Positions 12,321-25,790 of a DNA stretch of 64,000 nt are shown here, piece after piece. Below the pieces are notes generated by a model. That model made no database searches and was not told the origin of the DNA. It saw only the letters and a program-made list of their open reading frames with translations. Numbering within the stretch: position 1 is the stretch's first letter; each line of letters starts with the position of its first letter. The stretch is from NCBI RefSeq assembly GCF_009914755.1, contig NC_060927.1. One strand, written 5' to 3'. The DNA is from the human T2T-CHM13v2.0 reference genome, Homo sapiens. A program made the translations under genes and the position numbers.

Positions 12321-14003
12321 TTCATACACTAGGAAAAGACTCTGTTGCTTTAATTCGCATGCCCATTTATGTCAGAGATTCAGATGACCTAAGCTTAGGG
12401 GAACTTGAAGAATATATTATCATTGGGAGTCAGGTTATTATTCTCACAAGAATGATTCATCCCTTCAACTTGCAAACTGCTCTTAAATCAACTTGCAAAC
12501 TGCTCTCTCAGCTATGGGGCTGAGAGAAAACTATATTCCTTTGTAAGTGGTGGTGGAAACCACATTATAAATGGTCCCATTGCTTCTTGGAGGAGGATGG
12601 AATTCATCACTTAGTTGGCTGCCTAAAGGCCCTATTTGAGAGCTTATGTACCTGAAGATTAGCTCATATACTATCAAATCACCAAGAGACTTAATATGAG
12701 ATGATGTCAATGCATAGAGAAATTATTTCAGCTTCTCCTCTCTTGGTATTCATAAAGGAGGAAATTTGGAGGCCAGATCCTGAGAAAAGTGACTAGCATC
12801 TACTGTCAATCAATCTGCAAGTATGGATCTGGTGCTTCTTCAAGGATCAGAAGAGTTATATGTGTATGGTATATATATGAAGTGGGAGTTTTAAAGTACT
12901 TACTCATCAGCTACCTCTTTGTGAACTTTTTCTCTGTCAACAACCAAGTCATACTTATTTGAGTCTCCCCTTCAGTATCTGCCACATCACTTTCACCTAT
13001 TTGGTTCTCAGCAGATGAGGATTTGAATAGATTCTTAAAAACTCTTGTGAACCAGAAATCCCAAAAGGATCTGATTTTTTGAAACATGAAAGCTTCTAAG
13101 GAATAGAAGTTCCGGTCGTAAGTTTTATCTACATTCTTCAGGCATTCATTTGCAACAGACTCTTGCTTCTAATTTGCTGCATGATGGATAGTGACACCTG
13201 CATATAAAGCAGCTCAGAGACCATGAGAGAAGAGGGAGCATCCATTACCTCCAGTTTGTGCATATTACTGTCATTGCCCTTCTGCATTTGAGCATGAGCT
13301 GCAATCATAGCTTGTCAAAAAGTATGAAATATCCTCTATTTCCTTTAGTACCACTGGTTTCTTGTGACTCACTTTGTCATTTTGCTAAGTTGGTGACATC
13401 TGTGTCTGTGCTGCCATAAAATATGTAGTGGTAATATTGCTGCTTTTTGGACTGAGTATATTTGTGTAAAATGATTTGCAAATGTTTCGTGTGTGTAAGT
13501 GTTTACATTTGTATGCATTCAGTCAATACATGAGATCAGCTGTAAAGACAGAGAACCCCAGAATTTGAAAATAAGTGCCAAACTAAAATGTCAATATGCA
13601 GTGGGTCAAAGCAGAAATATGAAAAGTTACTCACAAGATGTAATGTTCCTAGGCCAGCAAGATTTGACAACATCCTGAGTAACAGTGGAAAGATAATTAA
13701 ATGTGAAAAATCAAGGAAAAGCAATGGCTAGATTAAGAAGCACTGGAAAAAACAGGACACGTAGGGAAACAAATATTGTCAGTGTCTATTTGGCCCTCTC
13801 CAAGGCAGGTGGGTGCCCTGAAGAAATGATGATAAAATCAAGTCTTGGCACAAAACACCATAACCACAGATACTATAACTTTTGCTCACCATCATACTAA
13901 CCAATCTTCCCATTTAAAAACTGGTTTTCTAGGTACCTCAATATGAGGAAGAAAAGACACTCCAAATTGAGGATATGAGTATTTCCAGCACTGCACATGG
14001 ATC

Positions 14004-14046
14004 ACACACATTCACACACACACACACACACATACATACACACACA
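14004..14046. repeat. (CA)n microsatellite, interrupted
   Basis: Direct reading. Confidence 0.9.
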
Positions 14047-15164
14047 AAGATGGCATGCTAGTTTGTCCTGTGACTGCGTGAGAGTTTATTTGATGTGTAT
14101 TTGGTTACTTCTCCAAAATTCAGATCAGTTCTAAAGTGCTGAAAAGTCTGAACACCTACGTAGAGATGCACCAAAAGGCCACAGGAGTAACAGAACTGAG
14201 AATATTGTCAAAAGAGTGATTTGGGGCAACAGCTTATAGATTTTAGGATGGGTAGATAAGAGAGTAGAGATAGGAGAAGATGCAAAATTGAGAGAAGTTA
14301 AAGGGGTCAGAAAGTTAGATGAGTTCAAAGGATAGGGAAGATGGGAGAAACTCAATGAGTATGTTGAAATAACAGGAAACTGGGATCAGAAACTAGAAAA
14401 CCCAAACTTACACTTTAGAAGAAGTGGAGAAAATCCCAGTGATTGCAAGGTCCAAGATACAGCTGTGGTAGATTATTAAATATGAGCTCAAGATGTTGTT
14501 TTCACTCATGCATTCCAACATTTGACATCTAGAATGATGGCAGGAAGAGAGTTAGACAGAAAGAATACAGATTAGGTGCCCAGTCCTTCAAAAACTGAAG
14601 ACCATATATTTTACTTATATAACTACTTTTATGTCTCCATATTTTTTTCATACTCTTCCTGTCTGATGGTATTCCATCCCTGCCCCATGTTACCCTACCC
14701 CATTTGCATGGAGACATATATTTCCCTTAGAAGGAGTTCTGCTACATAAGTTCATCTTTGTATGCAATCCATATAATTCAATGGCTAACTCTGTACATAT
14801 TTATTGAGTAAATAAAGGAAACATCAGAATCACCAGGAAAGTTGTGAAATGTAAACCAAGTGATACATTGAAATTTTTTTCTGGTGGTATTAAAAGAACC
14901 AGGAGAGAGATGCAATAAATAGATCAAAAAAGACAGCTAATTTTTTTTTAAATGAAGCAACTTTTTTTAGAATAGAGGGGACTGGTGATCTGGATGAACA
15001 CAATATTGGTGTTGTCAGGACAGCAATGTAAGCCCTCTGGACTAGAAGGTGAGTGGACAGGGAACTAGGGAAAAGAGCACTGACAACAGTTCACTCTCCA
15101 GGGTGCTTAACTCAGGGAGAGATAAGGTAGTAGTTGGAGAACTTTTCCTGAGAATTTGAAGTTT

Positions 15165-17665
15165 TTGATGCTATGATAAATGGCATTTTAAAATTTTACT
15201 TTCAGATTGTTTCCAGAATAAAGAAATACAGTTAATTTTTCTATATTGATCTTATTGATCCTGCAACCTTACTATATACACTTATTCATTTTAGTAGCTT
15301 TTTAGTAGATCCTGTAGGAATTTGTACATAGGTAATCATGTCTCCAAATAAAAATAATTTTACTGCTTCCCTTCTTGTGGTTTTTCATTGCCTCACAAGC
15401 TAGAGCCTCCAGTAAAATGCTGAAGAAAAGTAGTGAAAGAAGACATTTTTCCTTTGTTCTTTCTCCTGGAAAGAAAGCATTTAGTCTTCTACCATGAAAA
15501 AGATATTAGCTACTAGCACATTGAGGATTAAGTAAAATAAAACAAAAGATGTTAGCGATAGGCTTTTTGTAGATGCCCTTTATCAAGTTATGGACTTTTC
15601 CTTCTCTTCCTGGTTTAATGAGAGTTTTTATCTGGAACGTATTATAGATTTTGCTAAATGCTTTTTCTCTCTCTATTGAGATGACCATGTGTTTGTTAGT
15701 TTCTTAATATAGTGAATAGTGATTGGTTTATTACTGCTCAACTAATCTTCCTGTGTTAAACCCCATCTGGTCACTAACACTTTACTTTTTACAAATTGAT
15801 TTCCTCAAATTTTGCTAATAATTTGTGCATTTGAGTTCATGAGGGATACTAGTACTTAGATTTCTTTCCTTGTGATGCATTTGCCCTGTTTTGTAATCAG
15901 GAAAATACTGACCTCATAGAACGAGTGGCAAAGTACTCTACTATCTTCAATTTTACAGAAAAAGCTGTATAGAATTGGCATTATTTCCTCCTTAAATATT
16001 TGGTATAATTCACCAGTGAACCCATCTGGGTCTACAGTTCTCAATTTCTTTAGTGTATATAGAGGTGCTGTGGGTCCTTTTGAGTGAATTTTGGCAGAGT
16101 GTGTCTTCAAGGAATCTGTTCATTTCAGTTGTCATTAAATTTCAACAAATTTACTGGCATAAAGTTGTTAATATTCCTTTCAATATCTATATCATCTGTG
16201 ATAATGCTGTGATAATGCCTCCTCTTTCATTCCTGATGTTGATAATTTGTGTATTGTCTTCCCCTCCCCCCCGCCCCCGGTTAATCTGGGTACGGGTTTA
16301 TCAGTTTTAATGAACTCAAGGAACTAGATTTTTATTTCATTGATTTTTTTCTCTATTGTTTTTCTGTTTTTATTTCATTACTTTCCATGCTTATTTTCAT
16401 TATTTTCTTCATTCTGCTTGCTTTAGTTTTAATCTGCTCTTCTTTTTCTGATTCCTTAAGGTAGGAACTGAGGTCACTGAATTAAGATCTCTTTTCTTTT
16501 CTAATATAAACATTCAGTGCTATAAATTTCCCTTTGAGTACTGCTTTAGTTGCATGCTGCACATTTTGAAGTGTTATGTCTTCATTTTCAGGGTATATAA
16601 AATGCTTTTTAATATTCCTTTTGATTTTCTTAAACTCATAGTTGATTTAGAAATATGTTATTTAGTTTCCAAATATTTAGGAATTTCCCAGAGAGGCAGC
16701 TGTTATTTATTTCTAATTAATTCTATCGTAGTTTTGTATGCTTTTAATTTTTTTTAAATTCATTGAGTGTTGTTCCATGGCTCAAAATTTGGCTATGTGC
16801 CCTTGAAGTCTTTGTGTTCTGTTTTTGGATAGACTCTTGTATTAATGTAAATGAGGTCCAGTTGGTTGACCATGTTCTTCAAGTCTTTAACAGTCATGTG
16901 ATTTTCTGTCTACTTTTCCCAAAAAATTTGAAAAAGGGAGTTAAAACATCTTTAATAATATCTGTAAATCTATAAGTTTCTCCTTTCACTTCTATTATTT
17001 TTTGCTTAATACATCTGAAGTTTTTTCTTAGGTACACAAAAGTTTAAGATTATTATATTCTCTTCATTAACTGATCTTTTATCATTATGAAATGACCCTT
17101 TTTCTCCATGGTAACATATTTTGCTTTAAACTATACTTCGTATCATGGGTTAATATAACCACTTCAGCTTTCTTTTGATTAGTATCAGAATAGTATATAT
17201 TTTCTGATCTCTTAATTTTAATCTATTTGTGTCTTTATATTTAAATTTAATGTCTTATTTGCAGCACATAGAAGGGACTTGCTATTTTATCCAATATGAC
17301 AATTTTTGCCTTTACTTGTGTGGTACAGACCACTTATATTTAATGTTATTATTGATACACTTGAATTTAAATCTACCATTTTATTAGTGTTTTGCCATTT
17401 GCTCCTCTGTTCTTTGTTTCCTTTATCCTCTTTCAATGCCTGCTTTTGTATTAACTATTTTTTATAATTTGATTTGATCTCTTTTATTGGTTTACTTGCT
17501 ATAACTCCTGCTTTTTAGGGTGTCACTTTAGTTTTATACTATGTACCTTTTACGTATCACCATCTACCTTCAAATAATATTATACCACTTCATATATAGC
17601 ATAATACCCTGAAAACAGTTTACTTCCATTTCTACCCCACTTGCTTTTGTGCCATTCTTATGTTA
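15165..17665 (-). mobile_element. Old L1 (L1M-class) ORF2 fragment, EN to RT region
   Basis: Minus-strand ORFs 15506-15688 (MVISIEREKAFSKI...) and 15856-16110 (...DPDGFTGELYQIFKEEI...) are degenerate L1 ORF2p motifs; T-rich antisense composition. Confidence 0.9.
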
Positions 17666-18539
17666 TAATATGAAAACCTTAGCTTAGGTCAGAGGTCTGG
17701 ATTGCCTGTTTGCCCACATAAGAGTTTCAGAACTTTTTTTTTTTTCTTAAGCTTGGGTTCTAAGTCTCTCTGTGCTCCTAGTTACCAGTTCACACTCCCA
17801 TAGCTAAGCTGCAGCCTCAGTGCCCTGGATCTAAGCAAAGGGCCTCCCATCCCCTGACAGGGTCAGGCTCAGCATTCTTAGCCTTGAAGTCCTTAACCCC
17901 ATTTATTGGCTGTTCAAACGTCTAGAGTAGGAGCCTCAGCTTTCAGTTGTGTTGATGACATAGTGATCCCCTCCCACCATCTCACCTCCCACCAAGTCAC
18001 AACACTTTAATTGGAATTCAAAGGCCTGGTACCCACAGCTTTCCTGAAGCTAACTCTTCTGCCACTATCTTGCTCAAGGAACATCACAGGATACTCAGAG
18101 ACAAGTATCCAGCAAGAAAATATTTCATTTGACCTTGCAGTCAGCAGATGCCATCTTTTGTTCCAGCCATTCACTCTGGGACTAGATTATCTTTTTCAGT
18201 TTAACTCTTTGGCTCCTGGCCCAGCCTTCTTAGTTCTATACATCCTTTTGTGTCCATCCTGCCAATCCTTCCTGGAAATAACAAGTGTATATGGAAATAA
18301 AGGGAATCATTTCAGTTCTTTTCCCTTATTGTCCCAATTTTTTCTTTTTTACTCCTTTGCCCATTATCAAAAGCCCCTACCATTATCTCTACAAATAGTT
18401 TCAGACCCAAGAGTTTACTTACACTTTCCTAATCAGAGATTCACTAGATCTTCAAAATTACCATTTATTAATTTTTTTTAGTTTTCTCAAAAATAAACAT
18501 TCTTGAAAATCAGACAAAGCAAATTAGACCAAATTGCTA

Positions 18540-18762
18540 AACAATATAAAGTTTAAGAACATGAGTTCTGGAACCAAATGGCCAATGTTCCCATCCTAAC
18601 TCTTTCACATCCTAGCTCAAGTCCTCAGCTTCCTCATCTGTAAAATGGGGATAATAATAGAATCTTCTTTAGAAGGGTGTCATATGACTAAATGGATAAA
18701 TAACACACAAGTCATTTATGAGCCAGCAATATAGTATGTCCTCAGGAAATACATAAAGCTAG
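18540..18762 (+). mobile_element. MIR SINE
   Basis: cctcagcttcctcatctgtaaaatggggataataatag core. Confidence 0.85.
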
Positions 18763-19205
18763 TTTTAGTTTGACTTTTTTGTGTGTTTTTCAGAGATATG
18801 CACATAGTAATTATTCAAAAACTGATCTTTCTTCCTTTTTTTCTTTCTTCCTTCCTTCCTTTATAAATTCATTCAACCATGGAATGGCTGTCTGCTCTGT
18901 TCAAAGCAACACATTGGGGTTTGGGGATTGAAAGAGATGAATAAAAAGGTAGGTCACCCCTTGGTTCTCAAATGACTTTCAACCTTTTGAACCGAGAAAA
19001 TGGAGGCAAGTGTGAAAGGGATCTTTTCCTACAATGACATAAGTGAACAAACAAGTTTTGTCATTAATTTCATGGGAAAACCAGCTTAAATTCAGAAAAG
19101 ATTTCATCACAGAAAGGAGGAAGAATGGAAATTCATAAAGTAGGATTCCCCAGGCCTCTAACTTTCCAAGGAATAGATAGAAATCTACTGTTTCTAATTT
19201 CAAAT

Positions 19206-20805
19206 CATCAAGATACCAATGACTTTCTTCACAGGATTGGAAAAAAAACTACTTTAAAGTTAACATGGGACCAAAACAGAGCCCACATTGCCAAGTCAAT
19301 CCTAAGCCAAAAGAACAAAGCTGGAGGCGTCACGCTACCTGACTTCAAACTATACTACAAGGCTACAGTAACCAAAATAGCATGGTACTGGTACCAAAAC
19401 AGAGATATAGACCAATGGAACAGAACAGAGCCCTCAGAAATAATACCACACATCTACAACTATCTAATCTTTCACAAACCTGACAAAAACCAGAAATGGA
19501 GAAAGGATTCCCTATTTAACAAATGGTGCTGGGAAAACAGGCTAGCCATATGTAGAAAGCTGAAACTGGATCCCTTCCTTACACCTTATACAAAAATTAA
19601 TTCTAGACGAATTAAAGACTTAAATGTTAGACCTAAAACCATAAAAACCCTAGAAGAAAACCTAGGCAATACCATTCAGGACATAGGCATGGGCAAGGAC
19701 TTCATGTCTAAAACACCAAAAGCAATGGCAACAAAAGCCAAAATTGACAAATGGGATCTAATTAAACTAAAGAGCTTCTGCACAGCAAAAGAAACTACCA
19801 TCAGAGTGAACAGGCAACCTACAGAATGGGAGAAAATTTTTGCAATCCACTCATCTGACAAAGGGTTAATATCCAGAATCTACAAAGAACTCAAACAAAT
19901 TTACAAGAAAAAAACAAACAACCCCATCGAAAAGTGGGTGAAGGATATGGACAGACACTTCTCAAAAGAAGACATTTATGCAGCCAACAGACACATGAAA
20001 AACTGCTCATCATCACTGGCCATCAGAGAAATGCAAATCAAAACCACAATGAGATATCATCTCACACCAGTTAGAATGGCAATCATTAAAAAGTCAGGAA
20101 ACAACAGGTGCTGGAGAGGATGTGTGGAGAAATAGGAACACTTTTACACTGTTGGTGGGACTGTAAACTAGTTCAACCCTTGTGGAAGTCAGTGTGGTGA
20201 TTCCTCAGGGATCTAGAACTAGAAATACCATTTGACCCAGCCATCCCATTACTGGGTATATACCCAAAGGAATATAAATCATGCTGCTATAAAGACACAT
20301 GCACACGTATGTTTACTGTGGCACTACTCACAATAGCAAAGACTTGGAACCAACCCAAATGTCCAACAATGATAGACTGGATTAAGAAAATGTGTGGCAC
20401 ATATACACCATGGAATACTATGCAGCCATAAAAAATGATGAGTCCATGTCATTTATAGGGACATGGATGAAGCTGGAAACCATCATTCTCAGTAAACTAT
20501 CGCAAGGACAAAAAAACCAAACAACGCATGTTTTCACTCATAGGTGGGAATTGAACAATGAGAACACTTGGACACAGGAAGGGGAACATCACACACTGGG
20601 GCCTGTTGTGGGATGGGGGGAGGGGGAGGGATAGCATTAGGAGATATACCTAATGTAAATGACGAGTTAATGGGTGCAGCACACCAACATGGCACATGTA
20701 TACATATGTAACAAACCTGCACATTGTGCACATGTACCCTAGAACTTAAAGTATAATAAAAAATATATATATATATTTTTTAAAAAAGAAGCAAGAAAAA
20801 AAAAG
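19206..20805 (+). mobile_element. 5'-truncated L1, L1PA5-like (L1PA4-6)
   Basis: ORF 19125-20135 is the C-terminal part of ORF2p; 3'UTR taatgtaaatgacgagttaatgggtgcagcacaccaac...ctagaacttaaagtataat; A-rich tail. Confidence 0.97.
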
Positions 20806-21141
20806 GTGTTTTGCTAGGCAAGACCAAAGGCAGCAAAGCAACAGAATACCTGTTAAAAGTTTTAGGAATTTATTCCAACTCAAAGACCACTGTTGGCCTC
20901 CTGAGTTAAATAACTCACTGGCTCTAGTTATTGCTATAATCTTTGTTCTGTAACTACTCCGCTTTTAATCTGTGTGCAAAGCCCATGGGGCAGAAGGAGC
21001 AGCTGTTTCCCTCAGATGGAAGCCCTCAAAGAGAAACACAGATCAGATAACACTAGGAACTGACTGCGTGCTGCCCTTCTCCAGGGAAGTGAATGAAGTC
21101 TGCAAACAGTTGCTTTGTAGATGTTGAAAGCTCAGGCTTAC

Positions 21142-21226
21142 CCTGGTGACCACAACGTAGCCATTATGTCCAAGGTAGCTAGCACAGGGTGCCTCTAGGC
21201 AGGTAGGGTGTGTTGAGAGCAGACCC
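21142..21226 (-). other. Candidate 85-nt internal exon (unverified)
   Basis: Minus strand: branch point cctaac ~30 nt upstream, acceptor tttttctttcctcag|GGG, donor AGG|gtaagc. Confidence 0.35.
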
Positions 21227-22364
21227 CTGAGGAAAGAAAAATTACGACTCCCAAGTTAGGACAAACTATTAATCTGGAAATGAGGACAGACAGGCAAGAT
21301 ATATTAGAGTATTAACAAGATGTTTTGTTTTCTGAGAGCAGAAAATTCCTGTCAATTTTAACTCCTTTCACTTAAGCAAAATCATAACTTTCTGTGTAGT
21401 TTCACAGGGAAAAAATAAGGCATATGCAGGAAACAAGTTGCATGGGGCAGATACACCTATAATTAATAAGCACCATCCAAGTCTGTCCATGGTTTTGGGT
21501 CAAACTGCCTTCTGAAAAGCTATTTTTCTCTATTTCTGGGGCAGATTCCAGCTGAATCATCTCTGAGACACACATTTAGATAATCCACAAATGACAAGTT
21601 GTAAGTCAAGAAGAAAAAAGTGGCAAAATGTTGTTCTCATTGAAAGCAAAAACAAATATTGATTTATCTAAGTTTTAACAAAACATTTTTTCTTTTCTTT
21701 AAACACTAGCTTCCTCATACAATTAAAATAGAAACTGATTGGCAAAGCATTGATTCACAGCAATATTCCAGGGCCTTATCTAATATATAAAGTAAAACTT
21801 ATCTGAACCAACAATGTAATCCCTGTCCTTAGTTTCCATTGCAGAAAGAAACAGAAGGAAAGAAAGCTCAAGTTGTTTATAGGCCACTGCCAAGGTAGAC
21901 TAGATCAGAAGGCTACAAACAACCATCTTTTAGGAACTAAGTATTTTGTAGGGTTCAATAACAAAATTTTCTTTTCAAATTTTCAGAAGCAACATAATTA
22001 TTTTTTAATCTTATTTCCCTGCTTTAGATTTTCTTTAAATATTGATACCCAATACCATAAGCAGTACTAGTATCTGCTTTTGAGTAAATTTATATGCAAT
22101 GGTGTCTGCTTTTGAATAAATTTATATATTTGGTTAGATTAAGTTTAATCTATGGATATTTCATATTATTCCTCAAAGAGCTCCCCTATGTTCTGTCCCC
22201 TGACAAAGTGTAGACTTCTCAATTTGTTAGAACAAGAAAAGATTACTGTACTAACAGATAAATCACATTTTTTGAGAGACAATTACTCTTTTATGATACC
22301 ACTCTTTGCTAGCACCTGGTTGGCACTTACCAAATACCAGACTGAGTGGTTGAATCCCAATTAT

Positions 22365-22520
22365 AAAACAGGTATAGTTTTTAGGTGAGAAACAGAGACA
22401 CAAGAAATTAAAGGACATGTCATTTAACTCATTTTTCTCATTGTTGGGAAGTACCAGAGATTCAGAGTCAACACTGTCTGGCCCCAGAGTCTAGACTCAT
22501 AGCCACAATGCTGGAAGCAC
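22365..22520 (-). mobile_element. MIR SINE fragment
   Basis: ttttaggtgagaaacagagacacaagaaattaa...agagattcagagtcaacactgtctggccccagag. Confidence 0.75.
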
Positions 22521-22930
22521 TGAGGTGAAGTAGATATTACTGATGCTGTAATAATCTGTCTGGGGTCAGTCTTATTCACTGTTGAAACCACACCACTTAA
22601 CACAGTGCCAGACATGTAGTGCTTACTAAATACGCTAATGAATTAATTTTTTTCCAAGGAATTTAGCACATGAAGAACCAAGAAATTCTCCATCATTCTG
22701 ACAATTGATACCAGAGACCAGAACTTAACTGTGTGAATCAGATTTGCTTTATTTCATGTGAGGCAGAAAGTTTGACCAACAGGATGTGAATAAAATCCAA
22801 TCCTAAATCTCTGACTGTTTCACATCATGGTAGCTTTCCTCACATATTGGCAGCCAGAGCGCTCTACTTTCCAACCCCTTTATGAGTAAAGAAATAGATT
22901 ATTGGTCTTACATTCCACAAAGGAACAACG

Positions 22931-23361
22931 TGGCCCTTGATTGGGCTCTTTAGAGGCAGATCCTGAGACAGATTCAGACACAAATGATTTATTGAGGGAA
23001 AGTTCTCAAATCTGTAAGAAAGGGAAGGAAGAAGAATAACGCAGTGGGGACAGGGGTGTCAGTGGAGGTGGAGTGTGGGGGAAGGAGCTGAGTACGGTTA
23101 TGGTCTCAGAACAGTCTAAATCTAACCTGTTCTGCAGGGGAATTATATAAATTACACTGCAGAGGTATCCCTACAAGAGCAAGAGGGTTGGTCTTTTGCA
23201 CAACCATATTAGCCAGTCAATGGTTATGGTGGCTCCAGAAGAGATGCATAATCTCCTGTTCAGTGGTCCCTGTCTACAGAGAAGAGATAGCTACACTAAG
23301 AGAAGCTGGGGGAATGGAAGTAGAAAAGGGAAGCTGACTGGGCACCAACAGTGTCTACTAT
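22931..23361 (-). mobile_element. Solo LTR, LTR16-like (ERVL)
   Basis: Reverse complement begins tatagtagacactgttggtgcccag and ends caataaatcatttgtgtctgaatctgtctcaggatctgcctcta, resembling recalled LTR16 termini. Confidence 0.65.
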
Positions 23362-23422
23362 AGCCATCCTGGCAACTTGATCATTCCTTGGCTTTCTATC
23401 CATAAAACAGCAAACATTACTG

Positions 23423-23900
23423 ACTCAACAAAAATACAGTGATCTCCTATCTGTGCCAGGTCTTTGTTGTATGCCAAGTTTACAAAAGTGAATAAGCCAT
23501 TGTACCTTTAACACCTGGCTAAAGGCAACACTATGTCTCCAGCAGAAAGTGAAGAAGTAACTACATGCACAGGAGAATTTCAGATGCTGAGGAGGACTAT
23601 GAGGAAAATTAATCATGCTAATGTAAGAGAGTGACTTGTAGGGTGGTTACGGTTACTTCTTTGGAATGGATGTTCAGGGAAGACTTTTCTGTAGAAGGAC
23701 CATTTGAGCAAAGAATTGAATGGAATAAGAGGAAGAAATAAGCCACTTGAAGATCTAAGGGCAGAACTTTTCCTGGCAAAGGGAACAGCTAGTCCAAAGT
23801 CTCCATGGTGGTAACAAACTTGTAAGCATCCAAGCACTGAGGATAGAGTGAGGAACCATTGAAGGAGTAACTAAAGCATAAGAAGAAAGATCCAGGATGC
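23423..23900 (-). mobile_element. L2 LINE 3' fragment
   Basis: actcaacaaaaatacagtgatctcctatctgtgccagg...ggcaaagggaacagctagtccaaagtc antisense L2 motifs. Confidence 0.75.
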
Positions 23901-24471
23901 ACCCTACCATGGAAGCAGAAAATAGAGAAGTGAACACAGCCAGCTCAATACAGTTAGATAAAGACTAAGTATTGGTGGGAGGCTTCTGCATCAGAAACTA
24001 GAAATGCAAAGATGAACAGGCTACGGTCCCTGGCCTTAATGAGGCTCTGAATTAATCCTAATACATATAGGCATGTAAACAAAGATTCTAATTCACAGAA
24101 CAAGTGTTCTTCACTGTGAACCCACAAAGAGAAAAGCATTGCATTCTGCTTGAATGTGGCAGTTAACACCTCCAGAGGAGATGTAGGTTTTATTGCATGA
24201 GTAGGAGATCACCTGAAGGAGAAATGGAGGATATAATGTTCCAGGAGAGAAAAAGTATGAGCAAAAGTATGAAGGTGCAAAATCTGAATTAAGATAAAGT
24301 ATATATATGGAATGGATAAGAAGAAACTGTTGATGAGGAGAGACAGGAAAATCTGTTGATGTACCTGAAAAGGGAAAATAGAGCAACTCTGATGCTACTA
24401 CCTGCTTCATAATTTTCCTTTAATTAAACAGCACCAGAAAAAAAAATTAGCTTTAACTTTGTTCCTAAGGC

Positions 24472-24620
24472 CAGTGTTTCTCAAGTGTGGAGCATAAATC
24501 ACCTGTATTAGAATCACCTGAAGTACTTTGCAAAATGCAGTTTTCTGGGCTCCTGCAGCTCTTCTAAAAAAAGGGTTTAAAACTTGCTACATTGTAATCT
24601 TTTTCTAGGCGATATATAAA
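24472..24620. mobile_element. MER5-like hAT-Charlie MITE
   Basis: cagtgtttctcaa terminus; agaatcacctg...aaaatgcagttttctgggctcc. Confidence 0.7.
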
Positions 24621-24799
24621 TACTTCCTAGAGGCTATTCTCATAGGTAAAAATGAAATTGTGTCATCAATTGTGTTTATTTCTAAGATGGATGTATATTT
24701 GCTTTGCCATCATATTTTTAAAAGTGGTAAGAATTTTAGCCATTTTAAGAGATGGGGAAGGAAAGGTTATTTATGCCCACAGGCCTCAAGGAAAAGCCA

Positions 24800-24950
24800 G
24801 CACCATATATTATTTATCAACACCCCTATGAGGTCTGGTGTACAACTATTCCTATTTGACATGTGAGAAAACTGAGGCTGAGAAAGGTGTATAAACTCAT
24901 CCAAAAACAGATCTGATCCCAATTTCCAGAGTCTTTCTATTTGCCCTATA
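24800..24950 (-). mobile_element. MIR SINE fragment
   Basis: caacacccctatgagg...attcctatttgacatgtgagaaaactgaggctgagaaagg. Confidence 0.75.
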
Positions 24951-25059
24951 CAACATTGCTCCATCACTACTTCTCACAAGGCTATCCACATGGTTGTCTA
25001 AAATTTCCAGTTTCTCCAGTGGGAAATGCCTTCTTCTTCTTACCAAATATCATGAAATG

Positions 25060-25790
25060 AGAAATACTCCAAATGAAAAAAAAAAAGATTAAGACATGGG
25101 AGTTAAAGACAATTTATCAAATTGTATGAAGAGCTAAGCTTCACTACTATTCAGGGGAAACAAACTAACAATGAAATGTTGTCTATACATTACACTGGCA
25201 AAAATTTAATTTAAGCCAAAGAAAGTAAAGAGAAATGTGTTATCTCACATTATGCTGGTGGGCAGTGTAAGGAATAAAGCCAACCAAAAGGATCTATCCA
25301 AATGTAGTATGCACATGCCTATTGATCCAGATATGTTGTTCCAATCTCACAGAAAGACTACACCATGACTGGCTACCTAAATTGCCAGACCCAGTACAAA
25401 AGGAAAATTCAGGACCCTTGTTTAAAAATTAAGAATTTCAAGACAGTGACAGCAGAACATTAAACCAAACAGGGAGCTCTTGAGTGTGGAGCCTTTTGCA
25501 ACTGCATACATGGCAAGTCCATGAAGCCGACCCTGACTACTACACATATGTAAACTTACATAGCCAACAATATTTATTGCAGAATTGTATGTAATAGAAA
25601 AATGTAAACTTTAATGCCCAAGGAAATGTTAATTTAAATTAATTATAAAATATTCATGCAATTATTTGTTTCCATTAAAAAGAATGTTGTGTACATATAA
25701 AATCAACATGGTAATATTTCCTAGTCAAGAAATATTTGCTAAGTGAATAAGTGAGCTTCTGCAAAATAGGTATAGTATAATATTGTCTAC
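25060..25790 (+). mobile_element. Ancient L1 (L1ME-like) 3' fragment interrupted by MER45A
   Basis: Degenerate distal ORF2 and 3'UTR motifs (tctcacattatgctggtggg, tttattgcagaattg, gctaagtgaa). Confidence 0.6.
25364..25535 (-). mobile_element. MER45A hAT-Tip100 MITE
   Basis: Reverse complement cagggtcggcttcatgg...cttgaaattctta...tttgtactgggtc matches recalled MER45A; imperfect TIRs; degenerate 8-bp TSD (gactacac/actactac). Confidence 0.85.

Noticed and set aside
13635-13674. Minus-strand 40-nt exon (ttactcag|GAT...CTT|gtgagt)
   Set aside because: Moderate sites only and no recognisable coding signal; within chance expectation.
19125-20135. 336-aa ORF as a host gene
   Set aside because: It is L1 ORF2p sequence with a chance in-frame ATG from the flank; no promoter or splice support.
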